A DNA stretch of 64,000 nt, from positions 128,001-192,000 of the IMG/VR virus record IMGVR_UViG_3300037247_001786; one strand, written 5' to 3'. The DNA comes from a virus. Lineage: Duplodnaviria; Caudoviricetes. The notes under the pieces were generated by a model. The model ran no database searches. It had not been told where the DNA came from and saw only the letters and a list, made by a program, of their open reading frames with translations. Shown here piece after piece: positions 50,275 through 58,387 of this stretch (its first letter is position 1; each line of letters opens with the position of its first letter). A program made the translations under genes and the position numbers.

Positions 50275-51350
50275 AACTTTGTATAATATGCAACTATGGA
50301 CCTCCTCATTGCGGTGGCTCTGAAGAGGTTATTAAAAATATATCTAAATGTTTGATTAATCAATATGATTATGACATAACTATTTTTGCTCGCAATTATC
50401 ATAAATCTTCTTTTTGGAATGGAATTAATCTCCTCCCTTGCCCAAAAGGAAATGCTTTGATTTCTCAATTAAATAATTTCGACCATACCTTTGTATATAG
50501 CGATTCCCAATGGAACTGGGAAGATATAGTTAAGAATATAAATAAGATTGATAGTAAGGTTTCAGTTGCTTTAGTAGGGGCTTACCATATGAGGTCTAAT
50601 TTAGATGTTCTCAATTTAGTTAAAAAAGATATCGATAAATTCAATTTAATCACTCACTCTTCAGCAACTCCTGATTACGAATGGTGCATCGATAATAAAT
50701 TAGTTGCGGAAGTTGTCCCTAATGGAGTTAATCTTACAGAGTTTCAAAATGATACTATAGATTTCCGCGAAAAATATAACATCAAAGAAAAGTATATTTT
50801 ATTGTTTGCTGCAAATTTTTTCTATGGAAAAGGATTTGAGGTTCTTCCTGAAATATGTAGAAACATAGCGAGAGAGGATATTGCGTTTCTCTCTCTCTCT
50901 AATACTATAAAATACCCTTATGATAAAACATTCCTACAAAAGACTAAGCAACAAAGCATTGGTTTGAATATCAGATTTCTTAGAGATTTACCGAGAGAAG
51001 ATGTAATCGCAGCTTTTAATGCGTCAGATATATTTGTATCTACTTCAAAAAAAGAAGTAGCTCCATTAGTTATTTTAGAATCCCAAGCGGCGGGGACTCC
51101 TTGGATATCTATGGATGTAGGGAATACGGGAGAAAGAGCTGGAGGAATAATTATTAAAAACCCTGATATCGACTCTAAAGGATATAAAGTGGTAAATGAT
51201 AAGATAGTTGATAAATTTGCGGAAAATATAAAAAGCATATTATTATCTAATGAATTAAGAAAACAATTGATAAGTGAAGGATTAAAAGATATATATCAGT
51301 TAGATTGGAACGATATAGTTCCAGAATATAATAGGATATTTAATTCGTAA
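50271..51350 (+). CDS. Glycosyltransferase GT4 (GT-B)
   Basis: VPNGV, KGFEVL, DIFVSTSKKEVAPLVILESQAAGTPWISMDVG; ATGA overlap with the HNH gene. Confidence 0.92.
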   Translation: MKLCIICNYGPPHCGGSEEVIKNISKCLINQYDYDITIFARNYHKSSFWNGINLLPCPKGNALISQLNNFDHTFVYSDSQWNWEDIVKNINKIDSKVSVALVGAYHMRSNLDVLNLVKKDIDKFNLITHSSATPDYEWCIDNKLVAEVVPNGVNLTEFQNDTIDFREKYNIKEKYILLFAANFFYGKGFEVLPEICRNIAREDIAFLSLSNTIKYPYDKTFLQKTKQQSIGLNIRFLRDLPREDVIAAFNASDIFVSTSKKEVAPLVILESQAAGTPWISMDVGNTGERAGGIIIKNPDIDSKGYKVVNDKIVDKFAENIKSILLSNELRKQLISEGLKDIYQLDWNDIVPEYNRIFNS

Positions 51351-51352
51351 AT

Positions 51353-52090
51353 ATGCCAAAACCAAAAGTTAGTATAATATTCCCATTTTATAATTGCGAA
51401 AAATTTATTGAGCAATCACTCTCTTCTTTTAGATATCTTTCATCAAGTGATTTTGAGATTATAGCGATAAATGATGGCTCAACCGATGATAGTCTTAAAG
51501 TAGCAAAAAAGGCTCTGTGTGGCTTCACTATCGATTGGAGTCTTATTAATAGAACGGTTAACCAGGGATGTTTTAAGGCTCGTATGAAGGCGATAGAGGC
51601 TTCCAGAGGTAAATACATAGCTATCGCCGACTCAGATGATGTAAATTGTAATAGAAGGTTTGAAAGGCAATTAGATTTCCTTGAAAATAACAAAGAAATA
51701 TGGGGTTGTGGGGGCTGGGCTACTAAAATCACACAAAAAGGATGTTATATTGAGACGATGGATTATCCTCCCTATAATAATGAGCTTATTATTAAGAAAA
51801 TAGTCTCTGACCCGACTTCTAATCCTATTATTGACCCTACTACGATGTTTAGAAAAAGTGATTTTTATGACTTAGGAGGGTATAGTTTCTCGGAGGATAG
51901 AAATCTTGTTGCCGATATGGATTTATGGTTTAGATCATTGTTAAGTGATAAAAAATTTGTTAATATCCCCATAGAACTTATTCAGTATAGGGTTAATCTA
52001 AATAGTAACACAAATAGGTATCAAAAAGAAATGATAAAACAACATGTGGCTGTCCGAAGAGAATTTATAAGAGATCTAAAAAGGATTTAA
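51353..52090 (+). CDS. Glycosyltransferase family 2
   Basis: PKVSIIFPFYN..IIAINDGSTDDS..GKYIAIADSDD..RFERQLDFL..DMDLWFR. Confidence 0.93.
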   Translation: MPKPKVSIIFPFYNCEKFIEQSLSSFRYLSSSDFEIIAINDGSTDDSLKVAKKALCGFTIDWSLINRTVNQGCFKARMKAIEASRGKYIAIADSDDVNCNRRFERQLDFLENNKEIWGCGGWATKITQKGCYIETMDYPPYNNELIIKKIVSDPTSNPIIDPTTMFRKSDFYDLGGYSFSEDRNLVADMDLWFRSLLSDKKFVNIPIELIQYRVNLNSNTNRYQKEMIKQHVAVRREFIRDLKRI

Positions 52091-52106
52091 AGCTGGATTA
52101 TAGAAT
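52078..52106 (+). promoter_or_regulatory. Third AAAAAGGAT..TAGAAT candidate promoter
   Basis: AAGGA-N15-TAGAAT; AAGGAT ends 60 nt before the ATG at 52146, the same spacing as for the RHH genes. Confidence 0.4.
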
Positions 52107-52145
52107 GTTAAAAGAGAGTTTTAACTATATAAAGAGGAGACTGCT

Positions 52146-52682
52146 ATGAAATACATTCCGAACTGGATAATAGATGCTTTATTGTCAAAGAACTTTAAAT
52201 GTCATGAATGTCAAAAAATATTCATTGTTAAAGATTTAAGGGCGTTGGGAATAAGAGAAAGTTATATGGATGCTAAGAAGGAGTTTTTTTTCATAGAATT
52301 AAAATGCAAAGCTTGCGGCAAAGCGACATCTTTTGAAATGCAGGAAATGGATATAATCCAATTATCAGAAGAAGTTGTTGCCGAGAGTGAAGATCTAGGA
52401 GAGGATATCTATGAAGATATGGAAGATATAGAAGAGATGGATGGTGCCGTCGAAAGAGCGATAGAAAAAGCTATGGACGAAAAAAGGGAAAAAGGATTAA
52501 ATGATCTAGTAATTCCTCATAATGATAGTTTTAAAAAGAAACAAAAATTTAGTAAAATAACTTTAAAAGATGTTAGAGAAACAGCCAAAGCTCTTAAGCC
52601 GAAAGATTTCAAACATGAAAGTTTATTAGAAATGATGGGTATGTCTCCAGAAGAGATAATAGAATACAGGGAGTCAGAATGA
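52146..52682 (+). CDS. Zinc-ribbon protein with acidic middle (178 aa)
   Basis: CHEC and CKAC pairs; GAGGAG SD. Confidence 0.7.
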   Translation: MKYIPNWIIDALLSKNFKCHECQKIFIVKDLRALGIRESYMDAKKEFFFIELKCKACGKATSFEMQEMDIIQLSEEVVAESEDLGEDIYEDMEDIEEMDGAVERAIEKAMDEKREKGLNDLVIPHNDSFKKKQKFSKITLKDVRETAKALKPKDFKHESLLEMMGMSPEEIIEYRESE

Positions 52683-53692
52683 ATATAACTAATTTTTCTT
52701 TAGCACAACATATACTTAAAGATATATGTCGTGAAGAAAGAGTCCCTTTTGTGGACGTTTCTATTTCCTTTGAGAAAGAGGGGGAAGGAATCTATATATC
52801 AGATAGCCGAAGCGTCTGCCAAACTATCTATAAAATAATATGTGCGTATATCGATAATTCGATAGAGATACTAGGAAAGCAGTTATTGGAAGACAGTAAT
52901 AAAAAGGATGATTTTTTAACAAATTTAGCTACATCTTTAAGATCGATAGCTTATTCAGAGAACGGATGGACTTCAGATGTTAAAGAATTATTTTTGCAAG
53001 GAATATATCAGAGACCTATCATCTGGATACTTATGAAGGATATTATTTGTCCTATTTATGACCTACCTTTAAAGAATGTTAGAGTTGTTACCGGAAAAAA
53101 TCCTCAAGTTGATATCGCTAGGTATTATGAAGAAGGAGAGATAGATACGGGTGATTTTGAGAATTATCCTTTTATATTTGTTAATGAAGTGGCTAATAAG
53201 CCTGTTTTAAATGCTTTACTATTTATTGAAACGTTAAAAGCGTATGGAGTTGACCCTGTAGAGGTTCTCTTAGATATTTTTGAAAGTGAGTTATTTGATA
53301 AATTTGAGGGATTACTAACTTTAGCTTTTGATGATAATCCAAATGGAAAAGCGGTATTTATTCATACTTTAACGAATGTGTTGAGGATTAATTATAATTA
53401 TAAAATAATTACAGCTCAGGGTATGAATATGGAGAGGCAAAATAATTTCTGGTTCCTTGGATTAATAGAGGGGATGCTAGATAAAACAAGAGGATCAGAC
53501 TGGTCAACGACTAAGGAACTTCAGCCGTATGTTGAAGCGTTTTGGAATAAAGTTGAAAATGTTAAAAAAGCTAAAGGTGGACAAAATGTCACTTTTAATG
53601 AGCTTTTGCAGTTAAAAAGAGAAGAAGGTCCTAAAGGGATAGATCCCACTAGGACATTGCAACAGCTTTTGTCGTCAGATAGGGTTTGGTAA
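52679..53692 (+). CDS. Hypothetical protein (337 aa)
   Basis: ATGA overlap with the previous gene; no recognised motif. Confidence 0.75.
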   Translation: MNITNFSLAQHILKDICREERVPFVDVSISFEKEGEGIYISDSRSVCQTIYKIICAYIDNSIEILGKQLLEDSNKKDDFLTNLATSLRSIAYSENGWTSDVKELFLQGIYQRPIIWILMKDIICPIYDLPLKNVRVVTGKNPQVDIARYYEEGEIDTGDFENYPFIFVNEVANKPVLNALLFIETLKAYGVDPVEVLLDIFESELFDKFEGLLTLAFDDNPNGKAVFIHTLTNVLRINYNYKIITAQGMNMERQNNFWFLGLIEGMLDKTRGSDWSTTKELQPYVEAFWNKVENVKKAKGGQNVTFNELLQLKREEGPKGIDPTRTLQQLLSSDRVW

Positions 53693-53710
53693 TTAAATAG
53701 GAGTAGCAAG

Positions 53711-53926
53711 ATGAAAAAAGAAGAATTATTGCAAGAGTTATGTCAGTGTGGAGAAGAGATATTAAGTATCTATAACAAAATACAAGAAGCTATTAATTTA
53801 TCTAGAGATGGGAAGTGGTACCATTCAGATACTAAATTGCAAGGTACAAAACAGAAAATATCTAATTTATATGAGAATCTCGGTTCTTTAAGAAAAGAAA
53901 TACAAAATGAAGATAATAAAGACTAA
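53711..53926 (+). CDS. Small helical hypothetical protein (71 aa)
   Basis: AGGAG SD. Confidence 0.75.
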   Translation: MKKEELLQELCQCGEEILSIYNKIQEAINLSRDGKWYHSDTKLQGTKQKISNLYENLGSLRKEIQNEDNKD

Positions 53927-54137
53927 AAATTACATACAATCATCAGGAGGTCCAAGCGGCGACTACGAAACGCAGAAGTCTATTTGGGGACCTTCTAAAA
54001 GTGGTCCTATGGATCTTTTTAGAGAGAAAAGTGATAGCGAAGATAGTATAAAGAAGAAATGGAAGAGAAAAAAAGTACCTATGGTAGGAGTGAAAAAGCC
54101 ATATCAAAAAGATGGTGTTCCCGAGAGTACGATGTAA
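53907..54137 (+). CDS. Small basic hypothetical protein (76 aa)
   Basis: Overlaps the previous stop and fills the gap to the helicase. Confidence 0.65.
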   Translation: MKIIKTKNYIQSSGGPSGDYETQKSIWGPSKSGPMDLFREKSDSEDSIKKKWKRKKVPMVGVKKPYQKDGVPESTM

Positions 54138-54141
54138 TTAG

Positions 54142-55692
54142 ATGAATATAACATTAAGAATAGATAATAATTCAACTTACATTATAGGTAGGTTGTCAAG
54201 TCCAATATATCAAGACCTCAAGAAGTGTCTAGGGTACATGCCCGAAAATGCGATCTTTATGATTAAGCAAGTTGAAGAAAAAAATGAGAGAGATAGGCTT
54301 TCGGGCAAAGACGTATCTTGGAAGACAGAATGGGATGGTCGTATCAGTTCAGTTTGTTACTCAGCAGCTAATTGTAAGTGTTCTATAAAAAAACAAGGGA
54401 CTCACTTCCCCACTGGATTAGCTTCTAGAGCAATTAATCTATTAAGGTCAAAAGGGGTAATTGTGACTGTCGAAGATTGTAGGCAAGAAGTTGATAAATC
54501 TTTAAGCCTTTCCATGTCGGAAGATTTTGAAACAAGAGATTATCAAAAAGAAGTTATAGATGCGGCCTGCAATGTCGATAGAGGCATCATTAAGTGTGCG
54601 ACTGGATCTGGTAAAACCTCAATAGCTTCAGCGATAATAGCTAATCGAGCAGTTTCTCCAATGATATTTTATGTTACCTCTATAGATCTTTTGACTCAAG
54701 CAAAATCAGAATTAGAAAAATTCATAAAATTAAACGGTTCTGATCTAAAGGTCGGAGAACTAAGTGGTCTTAAAAAAGATATACAGGACATTACGGTTAT
54801 GACCGTTCAGACTGCGGTGAGGTCACTAGGTGGGGTATGGGTCAAATTCGACGAAGAAGATTCTAAAAAAGAAAAAGAAGATATTTCAAAAATCAAAAAA
54901 GAGGTTAGGGATTTAATTCATTCATCAAAATTGATGGTATGTGATGAAGTCCAGCACTGGGCTGCTGAAACTTGTCAAATTATTTCTGACCATTCCTACT
55001 CTGCTAGATATAGATATGGAATGTCCGCCACTCCTTTTAGAGATAAGGGAGATGATATACTTATAGATGGATGTTTTGGTAGGGTTATCGCAGACATTAA
55101 TGCCTCTATGCTAATTAGATTGGGTTATTTAGTGAAGCCTAAAATAACTTTTATTCCAATAGATAATAGTATGGGGTCAAAGAAATTAAATTATGCAAAT
55201 ATTTATAAAGAAGCAATAGTTTATAACTCATACAGGAATAATATCATTTCTACTCTTGCCCAGAATATGGCTAATGACGGAAGAATAGTCTTAATACTTT
55301 GCAAACAAATAGCTCATGGAAAACTTCTAGAGAAATTAATCCCTGAAAGTACTTTCCTGCATGGATCCCATTCTGCCAAAAAACGCAAAAAGCATATAGA
55401 TCTAATGAGAAGTGGAGAGGCTAATATAACTATAGCTTCAACGATACTTGATGAGGGAGTTGACTGTAAACCATTAGACGGTTTAATATTGGCTGGTAGT
55501 GGAAAGTCTCCCACAAGAGCGTTACAGCGAGTAGGAAGGACATTGCGTCCATATACATATCCAGATGGAAGAGTTAAGCAGCAGGCAATGGTAGTTGATT
55601 TTATGGACAATTGCAAATACATGAGAGACCATAGTAAAAAAAGGTTAAAAATGTACAAATCAGAACCTGAATTTGAAGTGGAGGTAATGTAG
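54142..55692 (+). CDS. Superfamily 2 DNA helicase (UvsW/XPB/ResIII-like)
   Basis: TRDYQ, ATGSGKT, DEVQH, GMSATPFR, STILDEGVD, LQRVGRTLR. Confidence 0.93.
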   Translation: MNITLRIDNNSTYIIGRLSSPIYQDLKKCLGYMPENAIFMIKQVEEKNERDRLSGKDVSWKTEWDGRISSVCYSAANCKCSIKKQGTHFPTGLASRAINLLRSKGVIVTVEDCRQEVDKSLSLSMSEDFETRDYQKEVIDAACNVDRGIIKCATGSGKTSIASAIIANRAVSPMIFYVTSIDLLTQAKSELEKFIKLNGSDLKVGELSGLKKDIQDITVMTVQTAVRSLGGVWVKFDEEDSKKEKEDISKIKKEVRDLIHSSKLMVCDEVQHWAAETCQIISDHSYSARYRYGMSATPFRDKGDDILIDGCFGRVIADINASMLIRLGYLVKPKITFIPIDNSMGSKKLNYANIYKEAIVYNSYRNNIISTLAQNMANDGRIVLILCKQIAHGKLLEKLIPESTFLHGSHSAKKRKKHIDLMRSGEANITIASTILDEGVDCKPLDGLILAGSGKSPTRALQRVGRTLRPYTYPDGRVKQQAMVVDFMDNCKYMRDHSKKRLKMYKSEPEFEVEVM

Positions 55693-55696
55693 ATAA

Positions 55697-56902
55697 GTGT
55701 CACGATGGGATTTAAGCAAAAGGGATAAAAGAAAAGAGACGGGACTTGTAGGGGAAGTTATAGATTTTTCTCAGTTGGGTGGAGGAGACAATATCGTCAC
55801 CGACGGGTCAAGGATTGGGAGTATCGTTTCTGTCCTTAAAAATTTTAAGAATCCTTATGTTGGCAACAAGAGAAAACTCATTCCCTTTATTATAGAAGTG
55901 ATAGACAAGCATGACATAGAATATAATTCTGTTTTAGACTTATTCTCTGGTAGTGCTTTTTGTTCAATGGCGTTTAAGATGCTTGGTAAAAAAGTAATCT
56001 CTAACGATTTGCTTTCTTGCTCATACTTAAATGCTGTGGCATTTGTTCAAAATAAAGATATCGTTTTGTCGGAAGAGGAGCAAGGTTATTTATTCGCGGG
56101 AGAAGATCCTGTAGAGTGGATTATCGATGATAAATTTCTGAACAGACTCGACGAGGGTGAAATAGAAATTATTTCTTCTTACTATAAGAGAGCTATGGAG
56201 AGATGGGGAAGCCCTATAGGTAGAAAGATATTAGACAAATCTACAGAAGATAATATTAAATCTGCTTTGGCTATTGCTTATATGCAGAACTATATTATAG
56301 AAAATTGTTTTGTTGGAGGAGGATTAAATAGTGGTCAAATTTTAGCTGAATATGACCACCGTATAGACCACCCGAGGAACAAAGGTTATAACATGTTCTT
56401 TAATGGGAGAGATTTTTCGTATAGCAATATGCGTTGGCAAAGTCCAATCTACCCAACTGATACTAATCAACATGAATGTTATAATCTTGACGCTATTGAA
56501 ATGTTATGTATAGTCCGACCAGAAGTAGACCTTGTTTATATAGACCCTCCTTACGGAGGTGGTCAAAGTGACTATAGCTCGATGTATGAATTATTCGAAG
56601 GAATGCTTCATGGAAAACTACACCATACGAGCGGAGAGTTTAGGCATGGGGCTGACAGGTTTATTAATAAGGATAACTATAAAGAGAACTTTTCTACGCT
56701 AATGGCTGATTGTAAAGATATCCCTAATATGATTATTAGTTATAACGATACGAGTTGGGGAACGATAGATGAAATTTGCGAAGTAGTTAGAGAGCATCGC
56801 AACAATGTTGTGGTTGAAGAGTTTGATTACTCTTACAAGTATAGAGATAAGAAGAATAATAATAAAGGAACAAAAGAATATATAATTATAGCGAAGGAGT
56901 AA
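55697..56902 (+). CDS. Orphan DNA adenine methyltransferase (D12/FokI-like class)
   Basis: PYVGNKRKLI, LDLFSGS, VISND, DLVYIDPPY; GTG start; no adjacent restriction enzyme recognised. Confidence 0.9.
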   Translation: MSRWDLSKRDKRKETGLVGEVIDFSQLGGGDNIVTDGSRIGSIVSVLKNFKNPYVGNKRKLIPFIIEVIDKHDIEYNSVLDLFSGSAFCSMAFKMLGKKVISNDLLSCSYLNAVAFVQNKDIVLSEEEQGYLFAGEDPVEWIIDDKFLNRLDEGEIEIISSYYKRAMERWGSPIGRKILDKSTEDNIKSALAIAYMQNYIIENCFVGGGLNSGQILAEYDHRIDHPRNKGYNMFFNGRDFSYSNMRWQSPIYPTDTNQHECYNLDAIEMLCIVRPEVDLVYIDPPYGGGQSDYSSMYELFEGMLHGKLHHTSGEFRHGADRFINKDNYKENFSTLMADCKDIPNMIISYNDTSWGTIDEICEVVREHRNNVVVEEFDYSYKYRDKKNNNKGTKEYIIIAKE

Positions 56903-57832
56903 ATGATGCAAATGGTTTCTGATCCTGATAAAATTATACTTGAAAGTATGGCGAAGGCAAAAGGGATAACTGTAGAAGAAGTTAAAGATAATATTAAGAA
57001 AAATAAGAAAAAATCACAAAAAAAACGAAACAATTCTCCTGTTGAAATAACTATAAGTGATAAAGCTAGATCAATAGATTTTTCTCAAATTAAAGGAAGC
57101 ATAAAGAGGAACACTCCTAAAGAGAATGTTTTTGAATGGGGCATTAAAGATGTCGCTTTGTATGTGAAAGATAAATATTATAAGAAATTCAAAAAAGACT
57201 GGATGCATAGAGTCATTGGTAGCTGTCCAGAATTAAGAAGAATTCATGATAGGATATTAGATATTTATGGGCTTTGCGATTTTTTAGTGATGAGAGATTA
57301 TATCGACTACATATTTTCCGAAAAGATAGAAGGGATTATAGATCGAGCAGGCGGAGTTTTTTATGTAAGAAATTTTAGAGATGATAATTATATTATTGAC
57401 TTTATTCGAAGTTATGATTATAAGGATAGTTTTGGGAGAGAGATGTGGGGGAATGATGATCAAGAACAGCTATCGGAAAAACCCTCTATGTCAAATGAGA
57501 GTATCGGGGAAATATTTTTATTAAGTGAGGAATCGTTTGTAACTACTTATGGGATAGTTGTATGTATTTTTTGGTTAATAAAATATAAGAAATATGCGAA
57601 TGGAGATGCTGCTCGAAGAGTTTTAGATATTTGTCAAAAATTGAACAATAAAGGGAAATTTAAATTAGCTAAAGAGAGAACAGAGCAATTATCTCCTTAC
57701 CATGAGAGTATTAGATTTCCTAAAATGAAAGAATTTTTGAAAAATATTGATGGTAGATACAAAATAGAAATAGAATATAAGGAGAACCCTATTATTAGAA
57801 GTAAATTTAATTTTTTAGAGGAACAAGAATGA
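56903..57832 (+). CDS. Hypothetical protein (309 aa), possibly replication-associated
   Basis: Directly coupled (TAAATG) within the replication block; no motif recognised. Confidence 0.7.
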   Translation: MMQMVSDPDKIILESMAKAKGITVEEVKDNIKKNKKKSQKKRNNSPVEITISDKARSIDFSQIKGSIKRNTPKENVFEWGIKDVALYVKDKYYKKFKKDWMHRVIGSCPELRRIHDRILDIYGLCDFLVMRDYIDYIFSEKIEGIIDRAGGVFYVRNFRDDNYIIDFIRSYDYKDSFGREMWGNDDQEQLSEKPSMSNESIGEIFLLSEESFVTTYGIVVCIFWLIKYKKYANGDAARRVLDICQKLNNKGKFKLAKERTEQLSPYHESIRFPKMKEFLKNIDGRYKIEIEYKENPIIRSKFNFLEEQE

Positions 57833-58329
57833 AAAAACAATGTGCCAATGAGCAGATTAAAGAAAGAGAAGTGAAATTAGTTATGAGCGATGGAAGCATG
57901 AGGGGGCTTGTTCCGACACATCTCGCATTATCCATTGCTAAAGATAGCGAATTAGACTTAGTGCAAGTATCGCCTGCAAAAGGGAATAATCCTGCTATTT
58001 GCAAACTTATGGATCTCGGAAAAATAAAGTACAATAGTTCTAGGAATAAGAAACATCAACACAAAGATGTAACAAAAGAAATAAAAGTCGGTTTTAATAT
58101 TTCTGAACATGATATGGGAACAAAGTCGAAACAGATCGCTAAGTTTTTATCAAAAAAATATAAAGTTAGATTCACTTTGGAGTTGAGAGGAAGATATAAG
58201 TACATGAAAGATCTCGCTTCTGCGAAAATGGATAGCCATTTAAAATCATTTGAAGAAGTCGCCCAATGGGATGATATAAAAGAAAATAATAATAATTTTT
58301 CAGTAATGTTAAAACCTCTTGGAAAGTGA
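57829..58329 (+). CDS. infC: Translation initiation factor IF-3
   Basis: NEQIKEREVKLV..ALSIAKDSELDLVQVSP..ICKLMDLGKIKY..KEIKVGFNISEHDMGTK..KFL..KVRFTLELRGR; AUG start with GAGGA SD. Confidence 0.93.
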   Translation: MKKQCANEQIKEREVKLVMSDGSMRGLVPTHLALSIAKDSELDLVQVSPAKGNNPAICKLMDLGKIKYNSSRNKKHQHKDVTKEIKVGFNISEHDMGTKSKQIAKFLSKKYKVRFTLELRGRYKYMKDLASAKMDSHLKSFEEVAQWDDIKENNNNFSVMLKPLGK

Positions 58330-58347
58330 AAAGATACTTGTTAAGTT
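58319..58347 (+). promoter_or_regulatory. sigma70-type extended -10 promoter TTGGAA-N17-(TGt)TAAGTT for the AAA/replication genes
   Basis: Correct spacing; shares TTG(A/G)AA..GTGA with the promoters at 47938 and 49275(-); downstream gene has a GGAG SD. Confidence 0.5.
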
Positions 58348-58387
58348 ATGTGATGTAGATATATAAAAATTTTGGAGACGTAATAGT

